This document shows positions 51,573 through 61,367 of a stretch of DNA of 61,574 bases, one piece after another; positions within the stretch are counted from its first letter, which is position 1, and each line of letters begins with the position of its first letter. Under the pieces are notes generated by a model. It saw only the letters and a program-made list of their open reading frames with translations. It searched no databases and was not told where the DNA came from. The DNA lies in the NCBI GenBank assembly GCA_033853815.1, contig JAWOLE010000065.1, positions 1-61,574 of the forward strand, given 5' to 3'. This stretch comes from Thermoanaerobaculia bacterium. GTDB taxonomy: Bacteria > Acidobacteriota > Thermoanaerobaculia > UBA5066 > Gp7-AA6. The translations under genes were made by a program, and so were the position numbers.

Positions 51573-53666
51573 CTACCGGGTGACGCTGTAGACGGTTTCC
51601 AGGGCCTTCGGGTCGGCCGGGGCGCCGCCCAGGTACCGGTGCAGCCAATCCATGACCGTGGCGTGCCACAGGCGGGAGTTGCCGGGCTTCAAGACAAAAT
51701 GGCCTTCGTCGGGGAAGGTCAGGAGCTTGGAGGGGACTCCGCGCACCTGCAGCGCCGTGAAGAACTGGAGGCCCTGGCCGAAGGGGACCCGGTAGTCCTT
51801 CTCGCTCGTGATGATGAGCGTGGGAGTCTTGAAGTTCTTGACGAAGAGCATGGGATTCCATTTCGCGTAGAGGTCGGAGTCCCAGGGCCATCCCTTGAAC
51901 TCCCAGACCGGGAACCACAGCTCCTCGGTCTCGAGGTTGGAGGAGACCGTGTCGAAGATCCCGTCGTGGGAGACGAGAGCTTTGAATCGATCTGTGTGCC
52001 CGGCGATCCAGTCGATCATGTAGCCGCCATAGGAAGCGCCGGCCGCGCCGATGCGCGTCCTGTCCACGAAGGGGAGCGACTCGAGGTCGTCGGCCTGACG
52101 CATCAGGTCGTCATAGACCTTCCCGCCCCAGTCGCCGGAGATCTCGTCCACGAACTTCTGGCCGAATCCCGTCGAGCCGCGCGGGTTTGCGGCATAGACG
52201 ACGTAGCCGTAGGCCGCCCAGACCTCCGGATTCCAGCGGTAGGACCAGGAGTCCAGCCAGGCGCCCTGCGGGCCGCCGTGGATCAGGAAGACGGCGGGAT
52301 ACTTCTTCGAGGGATCGAAGCCGGGAGGCTTGACGAGCCAGGCCTGGAGGCCGCGCCCGTCGGCCGAGGGCGTCGTGCGCTCGGAGACCACGCCCATCTC
52401 GACTTCGGCGAAAAGGCCGTCGTTGACGTGCGTGACCGGAGCGGCGCCTTTCCCATCGGCGCCGGCGCTCCAGACCTCGGCGGCGCGCGAGAGCGAGGAG
52501 GAGGAGAAATAGATCCGGCGTCCATCGCGCGAGGCGGTCAGTCCCGAGGCCGTCCCGCCGCGCCAGATCTCGGCGGGTTTGCCTTCGAGGCCGACCCGGA
52601 AGATCGCTCCGCGGCCAGCGACCTCGGACGTGAAATAGAGCGACTTCGAGTCCGGGGCCCAGAGGAAGGACTCGACCCATTCGTCGAAGTCTTCCGTCAG
52701 CGGACGGGTCTTTCCCGTCCCCCGCTCCCGAAGCATGAGCGTGAACTTGTCCGACTCGAAGCCGGGACGCTTCTGGGCGCGGTAGGCGATCCACTTCCCG
52801 TCCGGCGAAAACCTCGGAGTCCCGTCGTAGGCCCTGTTGGCGACGGTCAGGTCCTGCGCCTGGCCCCCGCCCCCGAAGGAGGTCTGCCAGATGTCGCCGT
52901 TGGTCGAGACGGCCTCTACTGCGTCGGGGTTCGAGGCGTAGAGGAAGTCCCTTCCGTCGGGCGAGACGTCGTAGTCGTCGCCGCCGCCGAGCGAAAAAGG
53001 CGGAGCGTCCCGGTCGCCGGGAGTCAGGTCCACGTATGTCTGGGGGTTCGGGGGAACCGAGACGGGCGCCTTCCAGACGTGCGTCCGCAGCCCCTCCTTC
53101 CAGGCGTTCCAGTGCCGGAAGAGGAGCCGCTCGGCCACGCGCGCCTTCGTCTTCGATTTCTCCCGTTCCCTGAACTTCTTCTCGTTGCAGGCGGCGTCGG
53201 CGCAGTCGGGGAAGACGTCGGCCGTGAAGACGAACCACTTCCCGTCGGGAGACCAGCGGAACCCAGCGATGTCGGCCGGAAAAGCAGTCGCTCTAGCAGG
53301 CTCGCCGCCGGCCACATCGAGGACCCAGATCTGCGATCCGCCCTCGCGGTCGGAGAGGAAGGCGATTCTCCTGCCGTCGGGAGAGAACTTCGGATCGGAG
53401 TCCCGCTTCTCTCCGGAAGTCAGCCGGCGCGGCTCCCCGCCCGAGGTCGCCTGTATCCAGAGCTCCGTGCGCGTGCGGTTCTCCTCGACGTCGGGGATGC
53501 CGAGCGAATAGGCCAGCCACCGGCCGTCCGGCGACAGGGAAAACGACCCGAGGCGCCGGACGCTCGCGAGCTCGTCGAAGCGAAAGGGGCGTCCGGAGGC
53601 GGCCGAAGCGGAGACCCGGAGCGAGAAGAGAAACAGAGCGGCGGCGACGGCGCGGCGGAAATGCAT
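51573..53666 (-). CDS. Secreted S9-family serine peptidase (prolyl oligopeptidase/acylaminoacyl peptidase type)
   Basis: Signal peptide from ATG 53666, propeller blades with recurring SPDG(R/K)W, nucleophile elbow GASYGGYM. Confidence 0.88.
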   Translation of the reverse strand: MHFRRAVAAALFLFSLRVSASAASGRPFRFDELASVRRLGSFSLSPDGRWLAYSLGIPDVEENRTRTELWIQATSGGEPRRLTSGEKRDSDPKFSPDGRRIAFLSDREGGSQIWVLDVAGGEPARATAFPADIAGFRWSPDGKWFVFTADVFPDCADAACNEKKFREREKSKTKARVAERLLFRHWNAWKEGLRTHVWKAPVSVPPNPQTYVDLTPGDRDAPPFSLGGGDDYDVSPDGRDFLYASNPDAVEAVSTNGDIWQTSFGGGGQAQDLTVANRAYDGTPRFSPDGKWIAYRAQKRPGFESDKFTLMLRERGTGKTRPLTEDFDEWVESFLWAPDSKSLYFTSEVAGRGAIFRVGLEGKPAEIWRGGTASGLTASRDGRRIYFSSSSLSRAAEVWSAGADGKGAAPVTHVNDGLFAEVEMGVVSERTTPSADGRGLQAWLVKPPGFDPSKKYPAVFLIHGGPQGAWLDSWSYRWNPEVWAAYGYVVYAANPRGSTGFGQKFVDEISGDWGGKVYDDLMRQADDLESLPFVDRTRIGAAGASYGGYMIDWIAGHTDRFKALVSHDGIFDTVSSNLETEELWFPVWEFKGWPWDSDLYAKWNPMLFVKNFKTPTLIITSEKDYRVPFGQGLQFFTALQVRGVPSKLLTFPDEGHFVLKPGNSRLWHATVMDWLHRYLGGAPADPKALETVYSVTR

Positions 53667-53788
53667 GCGAGGTCCCTCCGGTTGGATTCTAAGCGCGCGG
53701 CTCCCGCGCCGCCCCGGGGAAGAGCGCGTCCCTTTGGTATGATTCAGGGTTCGGGCGGGCACGTTCACACAGACAGAAAAAGGAGTCC

Positions 53789-55639
53789 ATGGTGAGCACT
53801 GTCGTTGAAGAGAAGACCCTTGAGCAGGCGGGGGGTGTCTCCGTCGTCAATGACTTCTCGATCCATGTCGCCACGGCCAACGGGTCGGGCAGCATGTCCT
53901 CCAACAACATCCTCATGCGGGCGATCTTCCAGATGGGGGTCCCGGTTTCGGGCAAGAACCTCTTCCCCTCCAACATCCAGGGCCTGCCGACCTGGTTCAC
54001 GGTCCGGGCCTCCCGGGAGGGCTTCATCGCGCGCCGCCGGGACATCGGGGTCCTGATCTGCATGAATCCCGAGACGGCCCACGAGGACATCCGGACCGTG
54101 CATCCCGGCGCCGCGGTCATCTACGAGGAGAACCTGAACTTAAAGTCGCTGCGGGACGACGTGCACTTCTACCCCGTCCCCTTCTCCAAGCTCGTCCTCG
54201 AGCTTGTCCACGACGGGAAACTCCGGCGCCTCGCGGTCAACATGATCTACGTCGGCGTGGCGGCCTGGCTCCTCGACATCGACATGGAGGAGATCCGCAA
54301 GGCCGTCGGACGTCAGTTCAAGTCGAAGCAGAAAGCGGTCGAGATCAACTGGAACGCGATCCAGGGAGGCTTCGACTGGGCGAAGAAGAACCTGACCAAG
54401 ACCGATCCTTATCGCCTGGAGCGGATGGACAAGACCGCCGGCAAGATCATCATCGAGGGCAACGCGGCGACGGCGATCGGCTGCATCATGGCGGGCGTCA
54501 ACGTTCTCGCCTGGTATCCGATCACGCCGTCCTCGTCACTCGCCGAGGCCGTCATCGAGTACTGCCACCGTTTCCGGCAGGATCCCGTGACCGGGAAGCC
54601 GACCTGCGCGATCGTGCAGGCCGAGGACGAGCTCGCCGCCGCCGGGATGGTCATGGGCGCGGGCTGGGCGGGGGCGCGGGCCATGACGACGACCTCGGGC
54701 CCCGGCATCTCGCTCATGTCGGAGTTCGTGGGCCTGGGCTACTACGCGGAGGTGCCCGGGGTCTTCATCGACGTGCAGCGGGTCGGGCCCTCGACGGGCC
54801 TGCCGACGCGCACCATGCAGGGGGACATCATCTCGACCTACTTCCTCTCGCACGGCGACGCCAGGCACATCCTTCTCATCCCGGGCTCCGTCGAGGAGTG
54901 CTACTCCCTCGCCCTGGAGGCCTTCGACCTGGCCGAGAGGTTCCAGACGCCGGTCTTCCTCATGACGGACCTCGACCTCGGCATGAACAACTGGATGGCC
55001 GACCCCTTCCCCTATCCCGAGAAGGGACTCGACCGCGGCAAGGTGATCCGGACCGAGGAGGAGCTGAAGGATCACATCCGCAAGTTCAAGGAGTTCGCAC
55101 GCTACCGCGACGTGGACGGGGACGGGATCGGATACCGTACGCTGCCGGGGCTGATCGATAACCCCGCCGCGATGTACTTCTGCCGCGGCTCGGGCCACTC
55201 CGAGCGGGCGACCTACACCGAGAAACCGGAGGACTACAAGGCGAACATGGACCGCCTGGCCCGCAAGTTCGAGACCTCGCGCCGCTTCGTGCCCAAGCCC
55301 GTCGTCTCCAACGACTCGGGGGCATCCATCGCCCTCATCGCCTACGGCTCCTCCGACTTCGCGGTGGAGGAAGCGCGCCACCTGCTCGCGCGGCGCGGCG
55401 TCGCCACGGATTACCTGCGCCTGCGGGCCCTTCCCATCGGCGACGAGGTCACCGAGTTCGTGGCCGCGCACGACCGCGTCTACGTCGTGGACCAGAACCG
55501 CGACGGGCAGATGTACGACGTCCTGCGGCTCGAGCTCGGCCCCGACGCCGGCAAGCTGCGCTCCATCCGCCATTACGATGGCTTCCCCATCGATGCCGAG
55601 ACCGTGGTCGAAGGGGTCGAGGCCGGGGAGAAGAAGTGA
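53789..55639 (+). CDS. korA: 2-oxoacid:ferredoxin oxidoreductase alpha (fused gamma-alpha) subunit
   Basis: AAAGGAG RBS. N-terminal gamma-like SIHVATANGSGSMSSNNILMRAIF, then an alpha domain (AWYPITPSSSLAE). Confidence 0.9.
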   Translation: MVSTVVEEKTLEQAGGVSVVNDFSIHVATANGSGSMSSNNILMRAIFQMGVPVSGKNLFPSNIQGLPTWFTVRASREGFIARRRDIGVLICMNPETAHEDIRTVHPGAAVIYEENLNLKSLRDDVHFYPVPFSKLVLELVHDGKLRRLAVNMIYVGVAAWLLDIDMEEIRKAVGRQFKSKQKAVEINWNAIQGGFDWAKKNLTKTDPYRLERMDKTAGKIIIEGNAATAIGCIMAGVNVLAWYPITPSSSLAEAVIEYCHRFRQDPVTGKPTCAIVQAEDELAAAGMVMGAGWAGARAMTTTSGPGISLMSEFVGLGYYAEVPGVFIDVQRVGPSTGLPTRTMQGDIISTYFLSHGDARHILLIPGSVEECYSLALEAFDLAERFQTPVFLMTDLDLGMNNWMADPFPYPEKGLDRGKVIRTEEELKDHIRKFKEFARYRDVDGDGIGYRTLPGLIDNPAAMYFCRGSGHSERATYTEKPEDYKANMDRLARKFETSRRFVPKPVVSNDSGASIALIAYGSSDFAVEEARHLLARRGVATDYLRLRALPIGDEVTEFVAAHDRVYVVDQNRDGQMYDVLRLELGPDAGKLRSIRHYDGFPIDAETVVEGVEAGEKK

Positions 55640-56682
55640 TGTCCACCGCCGCCGAACCCAAGGCCCTTCCGAAAAACCGCATCGGCCTGACCGTCAAGGA
55701 CTACGGCGGCCTGAAGTCCACGCTCTGCGTGGGGTGCGGGCACGACGTCATCACGCGCCAGATCACGCAGGCGTTCTTCGACATGGGAGTCGCCCCGTAC
55801 AAGGCGGCGAAGATGTCGGGCATCGGGTGCTCCTCGAAGACGACCGCCTACTTCGCCGACCGCGGCCACGGCTTCAACGCCGTGCACGGCCGCATGCCGG
55901 CCGTCGCCACCGGGGCGATGCTCGCCAACCAGACGCTGCTCGCGATCGGCGTGTCGGGAGACGGGGACACGGCCTCGATCGGGGCCGGGCAGTTCATGCA
56001 CCTCCTGCGCAGGAACGTCCCCATGATCTACATCGTCGAGAACAACGGCGTCTACGGCCTGACCAAGGGGCAGTTCTCCGCGACGGCGGACCTCGGGACG
56101 AAGTCGAAGGGCGGAGCCGTCAACGACCTGCCGGCGATCGACCTCTGCGCGATGGCGATCGAGCTCGGCTGCGCCTACGTCGCCCGCTCCTTCTCGGGGG
56201 ACATGAAGCAACTGCTCGCTTTGCTGAAGGGCGCGATCGCCCACCGGGGGACGGCGCTCCTCGACGTCATCTCCCCCTGTGTGACGTTCAACAACCACGA
56301 GGACTCGACCAAGTCCTACAAGTGGGCCAAGGACCACGAGATCCCGATCCAGGAGATCGGCTTCGTCCCCTACTTCGAAGAGATCACCGTGGACTACGAC
56401 CCCGGCACGACGCAGGACGTCGTCCTCCACGACGGCTCCCACATCCGGCTGAAGAAGTTGAAGGAGGACCACGATCCGACCGACAAGAAGGCCGCCTTCA
56501 ACCTCCTCCACGAGGCGCAGGAGAAGGGAGAGTTCCTGACGGGCCTGATCTACGTCGAGCCGGAGAAGAAGGACTTCCTCTCGCTGCTGGACCTCCCCGA
56601 GGAACCGCTCGCGACCTTGCCCCTGGACCGGGTCCGCCCGCCGCGCGAAGCCCTCGCTCGGATGATGGAGGAGCTCCAGTAG
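55636..56682 (+). CDS. korB: 2-oxoacid:ferredoxin oxidoreductase beta (TPP-binding) subunit
   Basis: CVGCGHD and GVSGDGDTASIG TPP-binding block. The start overlaps the korA stop. Confidence 0.9.
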   Translation: MMSTAAEPKALPKNRIGLTVKDYGGLKSTLCVGCGHDVITRQITQAFFDMGVAPYKAAKMSGIGCSSKTTAYFADRGHGFNAVHGRMPAVATGAMLANQTLLAIGVSGDGDTASIGAGQFMHLLRRNVPMIYIVENNGVYGLTKGQFSATADLGTKSKGGAVNDLPAIDLCAMAIELGCAYVARSFSGDMKQLLALLKGAIAHRGTALLDVISPCVTFNNHEDSTKSYKWAKDHEIPIQEIGFVPYFEEITVDYDPGTTQDVVLHDGSHIRLKKLKEDHDPTDKKAAFNLLHEAQEKGEFLTGLIYVEPEKKDFLSLLDLPEEPLATLPLDRVRPPREALARMMEELQ

Positions 56683-56687
56683 CCCGG

Positions 56688-56718
56688 CTCGGGGATTCGG
56701 ATCTCGGATTTCGGTCTT
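56688..56718. repeat. 7-8 nt array (G)GATYTCG x4
   Basis: TCGG recurs at 56689, 56697, 56704 and 56711, between the korB stop and the TTG start of the Mo-oxidoreductase. Confidence 0.8.
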
Positions 56719-58927
56719 GAGCCGTCCGCACTCCCGCGTCTCGTGGATTCCGTTCGGGCTCGAGGAAATCGGGCCGCGGCATTACCGCGAGATGGCGAAG
56801 ATTCTCTGGGAGAACCGTAAGGAGCTCCCCTTCGCCTGGCGGATCCTCTCGCGGGGTGTTTGCGACGGCTGCGCGCTCGGCACGAGGGGGATGCGCGACT
56901 GGACGATAGAGGGGGTACACCTCTGCATGGTGCGGCTCGAGCTGCTCTCGCTCAACACGATGGCGCCGCTCGATATCGAGAAGCTGTCGAACGTCGAGCG
57001 GCTGCAAGGTGCGGCGTCGCAGGAGCTCCGGGAGATGGGCCGCCTCTCCGAGCCCATGATCCGCCGGCGGGGCGACCCGGGGTTCCGCAGGATCGCCTGG
57101 GACGAAGCCCTGGACCTCGCCGCCTCCCGCCTGCGCTCGGCCTCTCCCGATCGCGTTGCGTTCTACCTCACCTCGCGCGGGATTCCCAACGAGACGTACT
57201 ATGCTGTCCAGAAGGTCGCGCGGTTTCTCGGCACAAACAACGTGGACAACTCCGCGCGCCTCTGCCACGCCGCTTCCACCGCCGCGATGAAAGGGATGCT
57301 CGGCTACGGCGCGATGACGGGAAGCTACCGCGACTGGCTCGAAGCGGACCTGATTGTTTTTCTCGGCTCCAACGTCCCCAACAACCAGCCGGTCACGACG
57401 AAGTACCTCTACTACGCCAAGAAGAACGGCGCGCAGATCGCCGTCGTCAACACGTATCGCGAACCCGGACTGGAGCGGTACTGGGTCCCCTCGGTCCCCG
57501 AGAGCGCTCTCTTCGGAACCAAGCTCGCCGACCACTGGTTTGACGTGGACACCGGTGGCGACCTGGCGTTCACCAACGGTGTCTTCCGGGCGCTCCTCGA
57601 AGAGGAGGGAGGTATCGACAAGGAGTTCGTCCGCGGCCACACCGACGGCTTCGAGGCCGCGGCCGCCGCGGTCCACGCACAGAGCTGGGACGAGCTGTCG
57701 CGCGCCAGCGGCTCCTCGGAAGCGGAGATGCGGCGGTTCGCGCGCCTGCTGGTCGCGAAACCGAAGACACAATTCGTCTGGGCGATGGGGCTGACCCAGC
57801 ACGCCCACGGCGTGGACACGATCCGCGCGCTCGTCAACGTGGGTCTCGCCCGAGGGCTGCCGGCGCGGCCCGGGGCGGGCATGACTCCGATCCGCGGGCA
57901 CTCGGGTGTCCAGGGAGGCGCCGAGGTCGGATGCGTTCCCGGCGTGGACGCCGCGACCCTCGACCGCTGGTCGGAGGTCTGGGGCTTCGACACGCCCCGC
58001 TCCCACGGGATGGCGACCGTCGAGCAAATCGACGCCGGCGCCGAAGGAAAGCTTGACGTCTTCTGGATGATCGGTGGAAACGTCCTGGAGACCCTGCCCG
58101 ATGCGGAGCGCTGCCGGAAGGCCCTCGAGAAACCCGCTCTCCGAGTCCATCAGGACATCGTGTTTTCCTCGGCGATGCTGGTCGCGCCTTCCGACACGGT
58201 ACTGCTCTTGCCTGCCGCCACGCGTTACGAGTCATCCGGCGGAGTCACCGAAACCTCGACGGAGCGCCGGATCATCTTTTCGCCGGAAGTCCCGGGACGC
58301 CGAATCCCCGGAGCGAGGCCCGAGTGGGAGGTCCTGGGCGAGGTGGCCGCGCGCGCTCGCCCGGAATCCGCCCCAAAAATCCGCTTCGCTTCGACGGCGA
58401 AGATCCGCGAGGAGATCTCCCGCGCGATCCCCCTCTATCGCGGAATCGAAGCCCTCGCGAAACAGGGCGACTCTTTCCAGTGGGGTGGACCGCGCCTCTA
58501 CTCCGGCGGCCGCTTTGCCACGCCCGACGGCAGGGCGCATTTCGCAAGCGTCCGGCTCCCCGACCGGCCCGCTCGAGGAGGCCTCTTCCACCTCTCGACC
58601 CGTCGCGGCAAGCAGTTCAACTCCATGGTCCAGCGCCAGACCGATCCCTTGACCGGCGCCGGCCGCCGCGACATCTTCGTCAGCGAGGAAGACGCGCGCA
58701 CCCTCTCGATCTCCGACGGAGACGCCATCCGCCTCGTCTCCGACGCCGGCGAATTTAGCGGCACCGCCTTCATCGCCCCGATCAAACCAGGCAACCTCGA
58801 GGTCCACTGGCCCGAGGGAATGCGTCTCCTCTCCTGTGGCCTCGATCCCCAGTCCGGCGAGCCGGACTACAACGCCCTGGTCCGAATCGAGAAGACCGAG
58901 GCAAGGGTTTCGGAGCCGACCCGGTAA
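56717..58927 (+). CDS. Molybdopterin oxidoreductase, YdeP/FdhF-related alpha subunit
   Basis: N-terminal Cys cluster (VCDGCALG...HLC), SARLCHAAST active-site-type block, C-terminal MopB barrel. TTG start at 56717 is tentative. Confidence 0.82.
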   Translation: MSRPHSRVSWIPFGLEEIGPRHYREMAKILWENRKELPFAWRILSRGVCDGCALGTRGMRDWTIEGVHLCMVRLELLSLNTMAPLDIEKLSNVERLQGAASQELREMGRLSEPMIRRRGDPGFRRIAWDEALDLAASRLRSASPDRVAFYLTSRGIPNETYYAVQKVARFLGTNNVDNSARLCHAASTAAMKGMLGYGAMTGSYRDWLEADLIVFLGSNVPNNQPVTTKYLYYAKKNGAQIAVVNTYREPGLERYWVPSVPESALFGTKLADHWFDVDTGGDLAFTNGVFRALLEEEGGIDKEFVRGHTDGFEAAAAAVHAQSWDELSRASGSSEAEMRRFARLLVAKPKTQFVWAMGLTQHAHGVDTIRALVNVGLARGLPARPGAGMTPIRGHSGVQGGAEVGCVPGVDAATLDRWSEVWGFDTPRSHGMATVEQIDAGAEGKLDVFWMIGGNVLETLPDAERCRKALEKPALRVHQDIVFSSAMLVAPSDTVLLLPAATRYESSGGVTETSTERRIIFSPEVPGRRIPGARPEWEVLGEVAARARPESAPKIRFASTAKIREEISRAIPLYRGIEALAKQGDSFQWGGPRLYSGGRFATPDGRAHFASVRLPDRPARGGLFHLSTRRGKQFNSMVQRQTDPLTGAGRRDIFVSEEDARTLSISDGDAIRLVSDAGEFSGTAFIAPIKPGNLEVHWPEGMRLLSCGLDPQSGEPDYNALVRIEKTEARVSEPTR

Positions 58928-58977
58928 TCATTGCGGAACGGGGACCTGCTCGCTCCGGGAGGCGAGGCGGGAAAGGG

Positions 58978-59640
58978 TCAGGCCTTTGCGGCAAGTTTCG
59001 GAGTTTGCGGGCGGCAGACGGGCAGGCTGCCTCGCAGATCCGAGCGTTCGCCGTCGCCGGGGACGACGGGTTCGGTGGCAGCGTCCGCGGGAGGCACGGT
59101 CCCGTCGCCCGGGTAGTAGGGGCGATAGCCGTAGCCGTCCTTGACGGGAACGCCGGGCTTCTCGATCAGCTTGTCGATGCCGAAGATCGCCTGCTGCCGG
59201 TTGAAGAACGCCAGTTCGTAGTCCCGCGTCATCCAGATCGCGTCCTTCGGGCACGCGTCCACGCAGAACCCGCAGAAGACGCAGCGCAGCATGTCGATGT
59301 CGAAGACCACGGGGTACTTCTCGTAGGCGATCTTCGGGTGCTCCCCCGCCACGATCGTGATGCATTCGGCGGGGCAGACCTGGGCGCACATGTAGCAGGC
59401 CACGCACTTCAAGGTCCCGTCCTCGCGGGTCTTCAGGATGTGCTTGCCGCGGAAGCGGCCGGAGTAGTCGCGCTTCTGTTCGGGATACAGGATCGTCGGC
59501 AGCCTGCGGACGGCGAAGACGTTGCGCAGCATGTGGCGGATCGTGACCCGCATTCCCGCGAGGATCTCCGGCAGGTACAGCCGCTGCGCGAAGGTGAGCT
59601 TCGCCGGAGCGCGCGCGGAGACATCGACGACGCCGCTCAC
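58978..59640 (-). CDS. nuoI: NADH-quinone oxidoreductase subunit I-like 2x[4Fe-4S] protein with about 55-aa C-terminal extension
   Basis: CVACYMCAQVCP and CVFCGFCVDACP. GTG 59640 overlaps the nuoCD stop (GTGA). Confidence 0.9.
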   Translation of the reverse strand: MSGVVDVSARAPAKLTFAQRLYLPEILAGMRVTIRHMLRNVFAVRRLPTILYPEQKRDYSGRFRGKHILKTREDGTLKCVACYMCAQVCPAECITIVAGEHPKIAYEKYPVVFDIDMLRCVFCGFCVDACPKDAIWMTRDYELAFFNRQQAIFGIDKLIEKPGVPVKDGYGYRPYYPGDGTVPPADAATEPVVPGDGERSDLRGSLPVCRPQTPKLAAKA

Positions 59641-61367
59641 CGGTCGAGCTCCCCCGCGATGATGTTCAGGGTCCCGAGCGTGGCGATGGCGTCGGAGATC
59701 GTCCCTCCGAGGACGATCTTCTCGAAGGCGGCCATCATGGGGAAGCAGGGGGGCCGCACCTTCAGCCGGTAGGGGATGCCCCCGCCGTTCGAGATCGCGT
59801 AGAAGCCGAGCTCGCCGTTGGCGGCCTCGATCCATTCGTAGCGCTCCCCCTTCGGGACCTGGATCCCCTCCATGATCAGCTTGAAGTGGTAGATGAGCGA
59901 CTCCATGTCGTGGTAGACCGCGTCCTTGGGCGGCAGCACGACGTGCCAGTCGTCGGAGTTGACGGGGCCCTTCTCGGGGAAGATCTCGAGCGCCTGCCGG
60001 ATGATCTTCAGGGACTGCCGCATCTCCTCCATGCGCACCAGGTAGCGGGAGAAGTTGTCGCCGTCGGTCGCGATCGGAATGTCCCAGTCGAACCGGTCGT
60101 AGAAGCCGTAGGGATGCGACCGCCGCACGTCGTAGGGCACGCCGGAGGCGCGCAGCATCGGGCCCGTCAGGCCCCAGGCCACGGCCTGCTCCTTCGTGAC
60201 GACGCCGACGCCCTGGAAGCGGTTGCGCACGATGCGGTTGTTGGTCACCAGGCGGTCGACGTCGTCCAGGAACTTCGGGATCGATTCGAGAAGCCCGCGG
60301 CAGCGCTCGACGAAATCCTCGGGCACGTCGATCGCGAGGCCGCCCACGCGAACGTAGGAGACCGTCAGGCGCGCGCCGCAGCAGGCCTCGATCAAGCCGT
60401 AGATGTTCTCCCGGGGCTGGTAGAGGTACCAGAAGTTCGTCAGCGCGCCGATGTCCACGAGGTTCGCGCCGATGTTGACGCAGTGGTCCATGATCCGGGT
60501 GAACTCCGACAGGATCGTCCGCACGAGGATGCCCCGCTCGGGGATCTCGATGCCCAGCATCTTCTCGACGGCCCGGACGTAGCCGACCCCGTTGATCATC
60601 GCCGAAACGTAGTTCAGGCGGTCCGTGTACGGGATGACCCCGTTCCACCTGTGCGTCTCCGCCATCTTCTCGAAGCAGCGGTGGAGGTATCCGATCTGCG
60701 TCTCGGCGCGCGTGATCCGCTCCCCGTCCATCCGGGCGATCAGGTGGATGATCCCGTGCGTGGCCGGGTGCGAAGGGCCGATCGACAGGGTCTGCGTCTC
60801 GAAGTGCCCCGCGTGGACATCGGTCTCCTGGGCCCAACCGGGCATCTTGAGATCCTCCTCGGTCGCGAACCAGCGCTGGCCGGGCGCGTAGTCCTTGCGC
60901 AGGGGGTGTCCGACGAAGGCCTCATGGCAGAGGATCCGGCGCAAGTTCGGATGTCCCGTGAAATCGAACCCGTAGAGGTCGTAAGCCTCCCGCTCGAACC
61001 AGTCGGCGGCCGGCCAGACCTCGTGAACGGACGGGAGCGCCGGGGACGCCCCGTCGGGCAGGAGGACCTTGACGCGCAGGTGCTCGTTGCGCGGCAGCGA
61101 ATGGAGGTGGACGACCGCCTCGAAGCGCGTCTCCTGCCCCGTCCGCCTCAAATTGTCCACGCCGGCAAGATCCAGGAAGAGGTCGTAGCGGCACTCGGCG
61201 TCGTCGCGCAGCCAGGCGGCCAGGCCCGGCCAGTCGCGCGGGGCGACCTCGAGGGTGGGCAGATCGAGATCGCGGACCGCGACCTTTTCGGCGAAGGGAG
61301 AAGCTGCGAGCCTGCCGGCGATCCGTTCGGCCGCGGCGGACAGCGCCGGGGCCTCGACTGTGCTCAC
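59637..61367 (-). CDS. nuoCD: Fused NuoC/NuoD-like subunit
   Basis: NuoC-like N-terminus ([11 protein letters not shown]), then a NuoD core [20 protein letters not shown]...[12 protein letters not shown]. No NiFe-ligand cysteines. GTG 61367 overlaps the nuoB stop. Confidence 0.92.
   Translation of the reverse strand: MSTVEAPALSAAAERIAGRLAASPFAEKVAVRDLDLPTLEVAPRDWPGLAAWLRDDAECRYDLFLDLAGVDNLRRTGQETRFEAVVHLHSLPRNEHLRVKVLLPDGASPALPSVHEVWPAADWFEREAYDLYGFDFTGHPNLRRILCHEAFVGHPLRKDYAPGQRWFATEEDLKMPGWAQETDVHAGHFETQTLSIGPSHPATHGIIHLIARMDGERITRAETQIGYLHRCFEKMAETHRWNGVIPYTDRLNYVSAMINGVGYVRAVEKMLGIEIPERGILVRTILSEFTRIMDHCVNIGANLVDIGALTNFWYLYQPRENIYGLIEACCGARLTVSYVRVGGLAIDVPEDFVERCRGLLESIPKFLDDVDRLVTNNRIVRNRFQGVGVVTKEQAVAWGLTGPMLRASGVPYDVRRSHPYGFYDRFDWDIPIATDGDNFSRYLVRMEEMRQSLKIIRQALEIFPEKGPVNSDDWHVVLPPKDAVYHDMESLIYHFKLIMEGIQVPKGERYEWIEAANGELGFYAISNGGGIPYRLKVRPPCFPMMAAFEKIVLGGTISDAIATLGTLNIIAGELDR

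Noticed and set aside
56717-58927. A selenocysteine (in-frame TGA) in the FdhF/YdeP-like molybdopterin oxidoreductase.
   Set aside because: The ORF is uninterrupted and has Cys at the expected active-site block (SARLCHAAST), so no recoding is needed.
59637-61367. Whether the NuoCD-like protein is the large subunit of a group 4 [NiFe] hydrogenase, as suggested by the B-CD-I gene order.
   Set aside because: Neither the N-terminal RxCGxCxxxH-type motif nor the C-terminal DPCxxCxxR/H-type motif is present. The corresponding regions read [20 protein letters not shown] and [10 protein letters not shown] with no cysteines.
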